Source of the DNA: Ylistrum balloti
Lineage: Eukaryota
DNA: 64,000 bases
Direction: 5' to 3'
Assembly (NCBI RefSeq): GCF_031769215.1
Contig: NW_026781904.1
Location: 248,001-312,000 of the forward strand
Part shown: piece after piece, positions 1 to 13,430 of the stretch
Layout: every line of letters starts with the position of its first letter
How positions within the stretch are numbered: the stretch's first letter is position 1
Program-made: the position numbers and the translations under genes
The notes under the pieces: generated by a model
Databases searched by the model: none
Told to the model about the DNA's origin: nothing
Seen by the model: the letters and a program-made list of their open reading frames with translations, nothing else

Positions 1-1329
1 TAATGGGAAGGTGATATTGTCGACCGCATACCATGTTTGTCTCTTAGATATATAATTAGACAAAAATAACTCGGACGATCGTTACCAATGTCGACCCCCT
101 TACCTCGTTTATCTTTGATATTTACTAAAGCTGGGGATATTCAAACAGGGAACTCTAACATCGAAATATGTATGTGCATTGCTTTAGGCATTGGAGAGTT
201 GATATTACCAAGAATGGTGTCTCTGAGGTAGGGATTGCAATATTGGAAATTGTCAACTATGTAACTATGTGTACACTTGTATGTCCAGAACTTGATCTAA
301 CTGCAGCTTGAATATACATGTATTTAATAAAGGAATAATTAGTACTGACTATGTAACTTATGCATTAGTTTCCTTTCTAAGTTGTCCTATAATCTTCGCC
401 CTTAAGTGGAAGCTTATGCCTTCCTTTAGTGCAATCTCTACTGTTGGGTACAGTATTTAATTGAGGGGCCGGAGTGAAAGACTATAAAAAGACATACATG
501 TGAACAGTACATTTTAATACAAACTTAGAGTTAGTTACATCAGAGCAAAATAACGAACCATAACCTTTCTATTTTCTACGTCTTTATTTTATCCTCGAAA
601 ATAGAAAGAAACAGAAATCCCGTAAAAAATAATCACATTGACAGTATATGATTGATTTTTTTATTAATAGTACCTAAGGACCCATATTTTATTAACCAAT
701 TAAAAATAATTTTTAACATGAAACTTAAAATAAAATGATGCTTTTATACAACCATACGTTTAGGTTATAATTAGACAAGAAGCGAGTGATCTCTATGCTT
801 GGTAAATGGCGGTATCACCTTCAGCATATCTTCGATGTGAACCCAAATATATATTCAGTTAGTTCTCCACCAATATCATACTGTATTTTAATCTCAATTG
901 ATCGAGTTAACATTCTATTTAGGATAATTGTTCAATCTACAATTTAATTTCATGAGTCCTTTTCCAGCTTATTGTTAAAAACAACGGGCCCTATAATGGA
1001 TATGAAATATCTACAGAAATTGATCACAGCACACTTTTAAATAGTTTGTGCAGTATTGATATAAAATATCTGTACTTGAATAGTTTACAGCACTTGACAA
1101 TACACTTACACCATACGTATCAAAGGATGAGGGTGTGTTATCAAACAAACCCTACAATATAGAATAGTAGTTCTTATAACACAACACAATGATCTGTAAG
1201 TGCAGGTTTATTGATCTGGGACCGTGAATGTTTTCTCTCTGATCTATTAATTTGTTTTTTGGTTTTTTTTTTTTTTTCATTCTTGGGATTCCTCGTCTTT
1301 TTGATGTTCATTGAGTCGGATCCCAGTAC

Positions 1330-1500
1330 GTCAGTGCTAGTAGGCTCCACACTGTTCATTTGTCTGATGAAAGTGACCGTGTCGTCATCGAAATATCACA
1401 CTCTAATCTTTTACTGGTTTTGTTAAAAGATCTTTTTCTATTGACATTACCAACCCGATGAAAATATTCCAACATCTCCCACGGAATACTATTATGGGAC
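1330..1500 (+). mobile_element. Arm of a dispersed repeat carrying a minimal hammerhead motif (Penelope-like pseudo-LTR candidate), copy 1
   Basis: Aligns by eye with 13431-13558 (reverse complement), 46286-46360 (reverse complement) and 46524-46690 (direct), e.g. gtcatcgaaatatcacactctaa and ttgacattaccaacccga. Contains CTGATGA (1364-1370) - hairpin - GAAA TAT C. Confidence 0.6.
1361..1400 (+). ncRNA. Minimal type I hammerhead ribozyme motif with intact catalytic core (stem II closing pair decayed)
   Basis: tgt CTGATGA a [agtgac cgtgtc gtcatc] GAA ATAT C aca: core CUGAUGA, one extra A, stem II with 5 of 6 pairs, GAA, palindromic 4-nt stem III ATAT, C17, and 3-bp stem I tgt/aca. Confidence 0.55.
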
Positions 1501-4261
1501 ACATACAAATATGATAATTGATGTATTATATTTGAAGCATCCACTTGATGTCGCCCAAATTAATATCAGTGTTATATAAACGTTTGAACCCGGTGCTAAA
1601 ACCTATGGTCCCTATGGATCATCATTTGTTACCTCCTGTGAGGGAGAGCTTTCCAAATTAGTCTCGTTTTGTGGAGAGCGGCACATCATATACGTTTACT
1701 CCAAGTGACAGCAAATCAATATCATGTAGCCGGGACTGTCTCTCATTCACAGCTAACATGTTTTTTCTGTTCATGAATTCCCATTGGCATCAGTTATAGC
1801 GTTGTAAACGCTGTATCTACAGCAAAGTCACGAAAAACGTAGCAGCACTTTTCTCTCTGAGGTACATTATAATTCAATCTGATGTTGGTCTTTCGTTTTC
1901 GGATCAACAAAATAAATTTTACAGTGGTTTTGAGAAGCATTATGTGTTGAAATAGTAACCGACTTTAGATAAAGTTTCTGGTTCAAACGTTAGATAACGG
2001 TTCAGGTTCATTTTCCACCATAACTGTCTTTGGTTTATTAGAAACAGATATCGGGTAAAAGGCTGTGCTGCTTTATTGACGGGTTCACGTATAGGGGAAA
2101 AGATATGACAGGCGTGTAGCAATCAGATACCGGTTTTATATAACGCTTGGAACTCATTTCACAGATAGCGAGCAAAATCTTCTTCTGGAATAAGTTCCAA
2201 GTAGTCAATACTAATGGTGTATTGTGTGATCGCTATATTGAGACAGTTTGATTGCAGACTGCACTCAAGAGGAAACTAGAAACATCACAATGCTATAGTT
2301 TAACATGGACAGAAGCACTGTTTGGCCTTCTCAAAGATGTATGTCACCTAGAAATTGAGTACTTTCGGGAAATCAATGGTGCCTAGGTCGCTGTCAGTTA
2401 TTTGCGTTAATACGTAGTTGATTTTCGTGTTTGGAGCAGGATTTGAAGTTTCTCGGTATTTTAACTGACAGTGCCGTATTTTATTCTCGATGTTTGATTT
2501 TTTTTAAACGTAACCGTTTTAAAACGCTTTAAGGCGCCTTTCCAAGTGGTTAGGATATCTCTTTATTTTACAGAACAGATGGGTTTATACTAAACTCGAA
2601 TTATGTTCTTATACGTAATCCAAAGGTTGCACAAAAGAAAAAGACACACAATTGAATAGCACCTTTAAATACAGATAAAGAATTAGAAACATGTTCAGTA
2701 CAGTTAATCAATACATTAATCCGCAGAATACAGCTTATTTGTTCTTCTATGACTCGTCAGTAATCCTAAAAGTCCAAATTTTAAAACCAAGGAGGCGACA
2801 GAGAAAAACAAAAATCCATCGAATGCGTTGCCAAAATCTTGATGAGAAGCTGCATCAGCCCTTCAATTCGTGACAAAGAAAGTATTATATGGCACCTCAT
2901 ACCTTTTACTTCGAGGATAGGTTTATGTTCATTACTGGTTCAGTGCTCCCTCCCTTCTTTAATTTAACTTTAGTATAGTCAGTGTGCAGTTATCTTTTTT
3001 CCCTTCCTGAATTTTTTTTTACATATTTTAGGCCCCTATCTTCCAAGAAGAGTCTTTGAAAAAAAGGAGAAAACCAATATGCCAAACCGAGAAGGAATCA
3101 ACGCCATTTTATCGGAGAACAATGCACTGTTCATACATATATTTCGAAATCTGTAATGAAAATGCTTTCCAAGTCATTTTTTTTACATTATCTTGTAATT
3201 GTTTTATTTTTTTTTTTAATCTTTATTTTGTTTTTTCCCAATTCTGTCATGTCCTTTAAAACACGATGTGTTGATTACAATAAAACTTAATGCGTTTTAT
3301 GAAATGTAAATATGATAAAAAAAAAAAACCTTTAATCAATTTTTTATCATTTTATCTATGTTTTCTTAGTGAAGAGACACTTCATTGACTAAAACAAAAA
3401 CTCAGAAATTATTCATTATCTTGGTCATCAGCTGACTGTAATATTAATGTTGCAAAGAGCATGAAGTTAATGTTGCAAAGAGTGACTCATTTTTACAGAA
3501 TATTCTGACAACGTTCAATTATTTAAAAAAGAACACCACATTTTAAAATAGTTTGCATATTGCCTCGTTTTAAAACAACAAATACCGTACCCCTTTATTC
3601 CGCTTTAATAAATAAAAAACACAAAAAGAGCTGGTTGGCAAAAAATGCTCATAAAAATGCAATACATCCAGCGAAACTCAGACATATGTCTACTTTAGTG
3701 TCAAAATGGATTCTTGTGGGTGCCAAGAGACTTATCGACATTATAGTATAGACAAACCGTCTCTCAAATCATATATAAATACCGGATTTGCAATGAACTG
3801 CTTTAATGCTAGGATATTGTTATAGTATACAAAATAATGATATATATTTTAGTCATATTGATTCTAAGACTTCTGTAGAAATTGTACAATTGTGTCAAAG
3901 CAAAAAATTCCGGTATTCAAAAAATATGCAAATCTGTCAGATATGCTTTTCATATCGGATTATAGCTGTGATAAAGTCATCATTGTGTAATATTCTGTCA
4001 GAACAAAATAACTTTGTTCGATTATCAAAACATGCAAATTTCTTATCAATCTGTGACAAAAGGATATGACTGTATAAGTACATGATAATCGGGAATTTTT
4101 GTTATTGTTTCATAACGATCGGAAGATTTTAACGGTCGACATAAAGATTTCATTCGGAAATGTCTTATTTGTTTATGCAATATGAAGCTGGACGTGTTTA
4201 CTTGTTGGTTCTGTTGATGTATATCTTGTTCTTATTTCGAAAAGTGACATTATCGGTGTTG

Positions 4262-4400
4262 TTGATAAAGCAGAAGACGCTTATTCTTCAGGAACACCTG
4301 TTCTTATTCGTCTTGTGCTTTGTACAGAAATTTGCCAGTTAGTCTTTTTATGTTGATATTTTGCTGTATCTTTATTGAATATGAGTTTTGATTTTGACAA
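4262..4400 (+). repeat. Decayed 3' tail of a widespread bivalve retroelement (gcagRagacgcttaYYcttccggaacacctg motif)
   Basis: aagcagaagacgcttattcttcaggaacacctg followed by a T-rich tail ending tatgagttttgat; the same motif occurs in reverse at 55340-55372. Family recognised from memory only. Confidence 0.4.
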
Positions 4401-7002
4401 CAAAACGCGATATAAAACCAAGTGGACTACTGTTGAATTCCCTGAATCTATTCACCGATCATACAATTTCCTTCAATATAAAACATGTATAACCATTCTT
4501 AAATCCATTCTTATTCCCAATACTCCCTCCCTTTCTATACCATCTCTTAGTGACGTATCTGTCAAATATTGTCGACTCAAAAAAATCGCGTTAAAAAGTT
4601 GAAAGTGTAGCAATTTTACTTCCGCGTACATCAATGCATTTAATTATCCTCTTTTTTTATAGCGTTGACTTCCTTCATTCTTATTTCGGGAAACAAAAAA
4701 AATCGAAACCTGGTTTTTTAAGACCAATGCATATGCTTTGCGTTATTTTGGGGAATTGCCTTAGAAATTCTTTCTTTTCTTCAGAGCATGAAAATGCACA
4801 CCAGGGAACTTGTGCGTTATTACAATGACGCCTGGGCGGATCTGCAACTCCGCGAAAGCTTTTTTCTAATGGCCCAACATTTTATACGAGACAGCGGCAT
4901 AAAACGCTTATCAGACTGTTCTAGAATTCTACAATTTAATTTCTTTGACAGGCTTAAAGAGAGGAAGGAAACAAAACCCGAACTTTTAGCAGATCATGAG
5001 AGTCGAGAATGCTCTGGAGAATTTGTTTGCAATGTTTTCATTTACAAGGGGCTTTTATGAAAGCCGAAGTTGTATGGTATTTACGTGTTTTAGATGTGAC
5101 TAAGACTTCTTGTGCCCTGCCAACCTTTTAGCAGTTCTATACCAATGTATTAGGGAAAAGACATTCTGGCATATGTACAGACAGTAGAATGGTAATATAA
5201 ACCCTAATGACGTCACACCCCGGAATTCAGGTTGATAAAAAGAAATAATAGTTAATAAGTTTGAACTTTTCAAAATGTCTAGATTGAGCAATGTGAGAAT
5301 ATCATTGTTAGAGAAAAGGTCGTTTTTTAACAAGTAAGTTATTTCTGTTTGATCTGTTATAAGTGATATGTCATAATTAAAAGAAATATATATGACATCC
5401 TTTTTTAGGTCAGTGGAGTCAGTGCAATATTTCATATTATTTATATTCTTGTGACATATTCTCTTCCGCTCAACCAAGATGTGACAATTATTTCAACATA
5501 ACGTACAAAATATATGCGGTTATTACAGACTCAGATCAACGGTAATTGTCGTGTCGCTTGTAATTTGAATAATCCGATGTATTCCAAATGTCAGCGGTCA
5601 TTCGAATCACTCGGTCCGATTGTTGTGTGTTCGAGAGTATAGTGAGGTACACGTAAACAGATGACGTTTAAAAAGAGAAACAAAGTGATGATGCCAAATT
5701 ATCCTGAAATTAAAGTTCGTTTTTACTTTGATTGACGATTACAGCGCTGCCTCCCGTCAAAGACATAGATCTTTAGGTTATTAACAATAAAATATCAGCA
5801 ACGTAGATTAAAATTGTTTACGTAGAAAACCTGGCTACATGATTGGCATGATATAACCATCATAGCATTTTCGTCGTTACTATGGGACGTTAAAGAGGCG
5901 TGATTCACAAACGCACTGCTGTACACAAAAAGGGTACTGAATATGGAATAAGCGAAAGTGTTTTAACTTGAATCCAATTAATTGTGGTACAATACCACTT
6001 CTTTATTTTATGACTATAACAGTTGAACCTCATACAGACCGAAAACCAATTTGGAATTCCATGTATTATCTGAATATATTCGAGTGGAAAATTTTGTGCG
6101 AGATGCCAACTCTTATACAATGTGTATTTTACATGTATGCAGAGAAGCACTTCAAACAAACGAACACATTTTATATACATTTGTATGATAACGCATCGAC
6201 GCCATATTGTTTTGTGCTTAGTACCAACAGTCTGCTCATAGGGATCCGAAAATATCGAGGAACATCTCACATCTCCCGGAACACCTCTGTATTGCACTTT
6301 ATTGCAGTTTAATAAAAAAAAACTTATCAACAATGCTATTGTTCTATTCTATAAGATCTGAAAATCAATAGATATATTTTAACTTACTGTTAGCAATTAG
6401 GAATTTAGAGAAAATATTCTGAAAACTATGAAAGCGGTCCATGGAGGCATTATATTAAAAGTCACCAAAACGGAAATTGATCTGTAAATTGGCCATACAG
6501 TAAAACACCAATTGATGTTTTTTTTTTTTTTTTTCATTTTTTTCTCGAGAAGCAAAACTGACCGTTAAAGAATTATCACTATGTTAGTTTCATCTTCACC
6601 TAGGCATGTACTTCAAACCGTCCAACGATCTACCGAGATATTGCGGTGCCATAGAGATGTCGAGGGTCGTACTGTAGTGGACTGTAAGGTGATGACAGAA
6701 GGAATGATTTTTGTTGATGATAATAAAGCCTGTATATAGAATTATCGCACGGAATTCCACTAAAACACACTAACAGAATTGTACCATTATTGGTTCAAGC
6801 AATGCACTCTGTAGTGCCTCTTTTAGCGACGGCGGACCAAGTCATGCCTCTAAGCTGGTTTACAAATACGTCCAACGAATCAATCATTTCTATTCATATA
6901 TGAACTTCGGTTTCTATATAAATGATATCACAATAGACGTCAGCAGTTCCAGACGCATTTGAGACCCGGTTTACCATCTCAATAACAAGTCCTCAACATT
7001 CT

Positions 7003-7150
7003 TGTTCGCAGGCTCGGGGAGAACGTGGGGCAATCTCCAGAAACTTGCCGCACGTCGGTGTTTTTTTCTTAGGGACTCCGGGTTTCCTCCATCCCCCAAG
7101 CCTGGCATGTCCTAAAATTATCGTGGCTGTTGATAGGACGTAAACAAAAT
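7003..7150 (+). mobile_element. V-domain-type tRNA-derived SINE, decayed
   Basis: V-domain-like core ggtgtttttttcttagggactccgggtttcctcc; tail cctggcatgtcctaaaattatcgtggctgttgataggacgtaaacaaaa. The core matches the SINE at 29466-29598. Confidence 0.6.
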
Positions 7151-8260
7151 GGGAAAGGGGGGGGTGGGTAACCAAATTGTATTTGTTTGAACTAAGGAGG
7201 TATCCAATGACAATTTTGTCTGAATGGATCATATTTCTCTAGTCGTGATCGTTACTAAGTGGATGTATACCTGTAAAGCATTGAATTACGTAGAAAATTT
7301 CGTCACATATACTTCTTCGTCTTGAAAATTCATGTCCTTGCCTTGATTTGTTTTCTTTTCAAAGAAAGAGAATACAAACAGAAGTTCGGAAATTGCTTTA
7401 TGCTTTAAATCTAAAAAGTATTCATCGTATGTATATCAAACTAAAGACTTGTGATAGTCCCTGTAAACAGGACGAGCATGGTATTAGGTTTAACGAAGTT
7501 GATAGACTCCGATGTTGAGACTTTATTTGGAAATTTGTCATTATCAACAATTGTCAGAAATAAAATATCTTACATAAATAGTTTATGAAAATGTTACATT
7601 TGTTGGGAAAAACGGTAATCAGCTATTGAAAATACATGAATAACGGAGTTATCATTTCAGTAGTATTCTTTAACTGTACAATGAAGTTGTACATACACAC
7701 GATTCTACAAAGAACATGCCTATAAAAAACAATCAGGTAGCAAGTGTAACGACCGTCAGTTCATGCTGAGACAAGACTACTGACGTTAAACAATTGATTT
7801 TGTCTGTGTTTACCTAGTATACCAGCGTAACATTTCACCTGATTTGCAACTGTTTGGATTACAAACGAGCCCTTGATTGATTGCTGTCGCGACCGTTTCA
7901 GATGCTGGCTTCCCGACAGCCGACAGCCGTAGGTTTACAGGGGTCGAGGGTGGGTTCTGTTGACTTATAGTATATATCACCTCGTTGTAATGTAGACAGA
8001 TAATTGTCTCTGCCAACAACACATTGGGAGGTAGAACAATTATTTAGCTCCCGTACATTCTAGTCGTAAGAACTTGTTTGTTCAAAGTGTTAAATCAAAT
8101 CAATGGCACTTTTCCAATAACACTTGAACAGAAATAATATATACAACATTTGTAGTAGAATATGACGGTTGTTTTAGTTTGTTAATAAACTTTATCTTTC
8201 GGAATAAAATAATATTAGTTTTATTCTAACAATATCTAACACTGTTTGAATACATTTCAA

Positions 8261-8337
8261 AGGGAAATAACTCTGGATGGCTATTTTGCTAGAAAAATGT
8301 TGAAGGGAAGTAACTCTGTATGGCTATTTTGCCAGAA
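8261..8337. repeat. Two 43-bp direct repeats, internal repeat of a pearl/HINE-type element
   Basis: agggaaataactctggatggctattttgctagaa (8261) and agggaagtaactctgtatggctattttgccagaa (8304); the aagggaRataactc motif is typical of these elements. Confidence 0.5.
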
Positions 8338-9109
8338 GGACGTTATTCCTGACAATGACAATTTTTTCTACTTGCACTAACAGCTATTCAGAAACTTGGA
8401 TTAATCAAACGAAAAAAAGGAACTAAAAATTACATTGAGGCGTTAAACAAATAATTAAGCTGAGCTATTTTAAGTCTTACACATGTATCTTGGTTAGACT
8501 ATACTAATGTCATTGTCATGATATAAAACAGCGTCCAATTACAGGCGCCATATAACAATTCATTTCCTTTGCATGGAGCTTTCTTTGCATGAAAATGAAA
8601 TACAATGAATGAAGCAGGAGAGATCAGTATTAGTTTGAAATATAAAAAACAAAGTTTGAATTACGACACAACTGAAAAGTGGTAACTGCAGGTTTCTGTC
8701 GATTCTGCTGTGAAATACTGCGAAATATTTTGTACATATTTACATAATGTACATGTATGAGGGTCAAATATATGCCAAGTATTACTGTCCTTGTCTAAAT
8801 GGATAATTACAGTACAAGAACATGTATAGGGTAAGAATTTTGGAACTGCCCGGATTTCATCGACTCTTATTAATGATATCTCTACTCAGATAATTCTACC
8901 TTGGAGGAAAGTACGTAAAAATGTACTTGCTACGCCCATTTCCTGATCGTAAGATTATTATTTTCTAAATAACAATTTCATTTTCTCGACTCTCTCATTT
9001 TTGGACTGCAGTACCTCTTCGGAGTAAGTTTTAGGTTCTGCCCGATGACTGTGACATACTGGATTGTATAAAATGGTAGTTTTTACTCCCTGATTAACGT
9101 TAGCTATTG

Positions 9110-9365
9110 AGGCAGTGTAACGACTGGTCTGCTCGTTTCCGGTATAATGTGACTGAATGAGTGCCTGCTTGGTGCTTCGATGGTAAATTTCAGTGTGATA
9201 GCACTGTTAAGTCAGTTTCAATTCCGTACTATCACAACGAGCGTTACAAGTTCATATCTCAGCCTTCAGCAAACACGTGCCCTCGCCTCGCATAGGGCCG
9301 GGACATCCTTAAATGACCTTAGATGGTGATAGAACGTTAATTGAGCAATGCAACAAATCAAACAA
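9110..9365 (+). mobile_element. 5'-truncated bivalve SINE (Meta/MESC-like central domain)
   Basis: Central motif gactggtctgctcg...ggtataatgtgactg...ttcagtgtgatagcact; tail ccttaaatgaccttagatggtgatagaacgttaa followed by caaa-type simple repeats. Confidence 0.55.
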
Positions 9366-12300
9366 TTAAAATATAGAGCTGACGTTTCCGACATTTAACG
9401 ACAGTTCTAGTTAAATAATTACAACTGGAGGCAATATCTCTTCATTATCAACAGGGAAAATCTATCCTTGAACTTCAACAGTTTTTCCTCCAGGATTCGT
9501 TGTGCGTGCTTCAAAGAACTTCAATGGCGGAGATTGGAGCATTCATTATACATTCGGAATCAAAAACCCAAACGCAAAGAGCAGACAGATAGCACAGTGT
9601 TGGCAATGTATGCGAGATCTTACTGGAGGGAAGGGGAAATTGTCGATATGTAGTATTGACCATGCATTTAATACACTTCGACTGGTCAGTCTGCTCGACG
9701 TCCGGTCAGTAATCAACGTGGTGCGCGCGGCTATTCCCTACTCTGTAGTAGTGAAACAGACGACGTATATAAAATGTCGGTGTTAATGAGACGCTTGTCG
9801 GGCTGTAAACGACAACGAGGTCTGAGTGATATATTTTATATACATTATCTGTGCTATGTGCTGAACGCGACGTGCTTGTATTCGGTTTCACATGTGAATA
9901 CGTGCTGTTTATTGGTAATAGTAGACTCAGTCTAACAAATTGTGAAACAGAAGCAATCAAAGTCGGATTTATGTATATTACCAACGGGTCTTATATTGAT
10001 TTAGGAAAATCTGAAGTCAATCAAAATGAAGGGAAAAAAATGATCCCCAGAGAATTAAAGACAGCTTACATGACACATTGCATGTAACATTTGTTTGAGC
10101 TTACGAGTTCAATAGTGCACGTGACCGCACGTCATAAGGACCCTTGGCAGGTAGCCTCGTAGCCCACCTGTCATTTGTACTTTTCAGATAATGGCCACTT
10201 CACCTGTATTTATGCAATTAACATTCCATTGCCCATTAGAGCTAAGGTATGATTGACAGCAATACTACCATTCGGAGACGGATAGAATGAAATGATTACT
10301 TCTGAAGAGGTGTGAGATATTATTTTATAGCCGTCTCGTGCTTGTAATTCTTAATCATATCAACGATTATGCAATATGTACCTTTGCACAATGCTTGTAC
10401 CAGATATTAATGACTGACATTTTGCTTAAGGATATAGGTGATTTTAATGTGAAATAAACCATCTGCCTAAAAATTCAATGGTAATTGACACTAAGTAGCG
10501 AAAAGTTTTCAAACATACAATATGTAACAGTAGTATATATTGAGATTGTAAAATTTAATGATTTAACGCCTACTGAATATCATAGACGACACACTGTTAA
10601 AAAATATTGATCGCTACACTTCAATGTTCAAAATGTTCGTCAATAGATGACATTTTTACTTTTAAGTAAAATGTGAAAGATAGAGACATGGTGTATATGT
10701 GTTGATAAAGAGCAAGCTATGAGAAAATCGATGTTCCTACATTTTTTGCGTACGTAACTTAAGGCTGTATGGTGTAGTTAAGTAAACAGAATATCATTTC
10801 GACGGAGGAGAGCTCCTTACAGAAGCCATTTGTTGCATCACGAGCTTCGTGCATTAAGGTACATGTGGTAAAAACCTCTTGAGCTGAAATCGATTTTTTC
10901 CCCTCCCCTTCATCCGACCTCAATAATTTAAACAGTCAGAGGAGAGACAGTGAGAGATTTTGTAATTAGGCATTGAACCAACGGCGAGCTTTGGTTTATA
11001 CCATGTATACATCAAGATAGGTACGTTAATGCACTGTAAATTAAAGGGATCAAAATATTTGTTGACGTGTTGCATGTGATTCCGTTGAATAATTTTAATA
11101 TGGTTGCCGGTTCCAACCATTAGCTTTGCCGCACCTGTCTAAGCTATATTGAGACAAACCAACAAAGATATATTATATTTCTGTCACGTTGAGTGATATT
11201 TCTGGAAGAGCTTTATTTATTGCTAGTTTCTCAATCACTAAGGTACAAAATGGTGGAAGAGTATTTTTAGAAACAAATTGAACATATTCAATTCCGTAAG
11301 GAATGGACGTTTAAACAGCATGTGACATTTCAAAACGAGGCAGTGTTTTTTGTAAACGACGGCTTTTTGCGTTGACAGCAGTGGTGTATACTGTTAACAT
11401 ACATGTATGTATTTGTAAAACAAAATTGGTAAGGAACGTGTTTAACGTTTTCTTTTAGCATTAACGCATTTTAAACTCCTGGGACCACCAGAACTTTCCC
11501 TCAGGGAATTTTCTCTAAAGACACTGCTGTATACATGTAGTGTAGATAGGTACTGAAGGTCAAACCAAAACCAACCTCAAGACGATTTTCTTTGTATCGA
11601 TTAAAAGTGACCATTAATTGTATCATTCACATATTATCTCCGTATACATAATATATTCCACTCAATATTACCAACAACTTGTTCACAGTAAACAAATATG
11701 ATGATTATTCGGTCGACTTTGCTTTACCAGAACACAATTTTTCCTCGTTACGAATATTGTCTATACTCATTTCCTATCCTAATCAGCTGATTAGTTTTGG
11801 AACGTTTGGCAACACTTCACTTTGTTGCTAATGAAGTGGTTGTTTTTGTTCACCTTCGCTTCACACAAGACGCCATACATTACGTTTTTCGACGCATGCG
11901 CAGTCAGGTCCTTCTGAATTATATGAAGCGAATGTAAAGACCTCCTTTAAAGCGCTGGCTGACAGTTCGTGTTAGGGTTAACGATATGGAACGATCTTAT
12001 TAATTATCAATTATTTTGTCTATTTCTGGTAAACCCCTGGCTGTGTTTTTCCATGCGAACCTATAGCACATTTGTTAATGAGGAATTTGGGAAAAGGAGA
12101 AACCAATGTGTGCAATTATGTAAATTTTCAAGAAGAAATATGATTATACCGTTAATCGTCCATCTTTTCAGAAAAAAGGTCATTAGGTCTATGTAAACAT
12201 AAAACCGAAAGAAAAGATAAAAGGCAAACGCTCAACATTCTTCCACATGTTTTATCCACAAAGTAAAGGTAGCGGTATTATTCGGTACATAACTAACGCG

Positions 12301-12459
12301 CAGTAACCTTGAGGATTGTTATATGGATTAGGAATGATAAGTGTTTGGTGCTTGGCCCTTTTAAGGCTTTAGTTATATCAAACAGATACCCTAAAGATAC
12401 ATAGATAAAAACGTAAAGTAAAAGACAGGAAACAAAACTTTGAATAAATAAGTAGGTAA

Positions 12460-12790
12460 AGGAAGGAAGGAAGGAAGGAAGGATGGATGGAAGGAAGGAA
12501 GGAAGGAATTGTGGAAGGAGGGAGNNNNNNNNNNNNNNNNNNNNNNNNNNNNNNNNNNNNNNNNNNNNNNNNNNNNNNNNNNNNNNNNNNNNNNNNNNNN
12601 NNNNNNNNNNNNNNNNNNNNNNNNNNNNNNNNNNNNNNNNNNNNNNNNNNNNNNNNNNNNNNNNNNNNNNNNNNNNNNNNNNNNNNNNNNNNNNNNNNNN
12701 NNNNGATGGATGGAAGGAAGGGATAGACAGGAAAGAAAAGAAAGAGATAAACGAACAAACTGATAAACAAAAAAGAAATAAATAAACGAA
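12460..12790. repeat. (GGAA)n/(GGAT)n microsatellite interrupted by a 180-N assembly gap (12525-12704)
   Basis: Directly visible in the sequence. Confidence 0.97.
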
Positions 12791-13430
12791 TAAATAATGC
12801 AGCTATTTCATCGCCAAAGTTAATGAAACACTGTAGCAACCTTGATGAAGGGCTCACTTTTGAACCTGCAGGAAACAAGGCTTGTTAAACATACGAACGT
12901 TTGTTATAGTTAGTAAGGTATCGATCGCTTCGACGTTAAAACATTTTCACTATACCATACTGGAGTGAAGTGTAATAAAACCAGTGTGATGTTAATTGAC
13001 GAGGTGGAAGCGATGGAATTATCGCTTATTTATTTTTCCTGTAAATTACAAAACTCTCCTGTGTGTTTTCATTCGTTCATTTATAGAATCTATAACACTC
13101 GAAAGATCACCGATTCCTGAACTAGCTCGTTGGCATTTCCTAAACGACAAGAATGATCTTTTCACGAGTGACATGTAATTTTTAAAGTAAGAATGATTAT
13201 GATAAAGTGAAATTCAGAGAAAATGGATTTTACTAGAATGCTGATGGTTTTGCATGTACACTATAGTTTATGTATGAAATTGCGATCAATTTTTTTTACA
13301 TATTTTTGTTCTATTCGGCATTGAAGTTTATTTTTCATTTTATGCAAATCGAACTGTAACGAAGTTCTGTATGTACGTACACCGCATGAACGTCCGTGTC
13401 CTTTTACGTAATCATTACCACAAATCGTTA

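Noticed and set aside
1330-1500. Protein reading of the arm (HLSDEGDRVVIEISHSNLL, TNF-like; or DITNP..HLPRNTIMG, Gypsy-like) and TGA=Trp mitochondrial reading of the 13-kb loop
   Set aside because: Stops and frameshifts differ among copies, the expected downstream motifs are absent, and RNA-structure conservation explains the pattern better.
5100-6333. ORFs 5100-5477, 5905-6333 and 5968-6312
   Set aside because: AT-biased composition, no recognisable domain and no convincing splice signals.
12378-12878. ORFs spanning the N run
   Set aside because: Artefacts of the assembly gap and the flanking microsatellite.
12841-12882. Further hammerhead-like strings (ttgatga...gaaa here; also ctgagga near 41305 and ctgatga near 48955)
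   Set aside because: Stem II is weak or not adjacent to GAAA, and no stems I or III can be formed.
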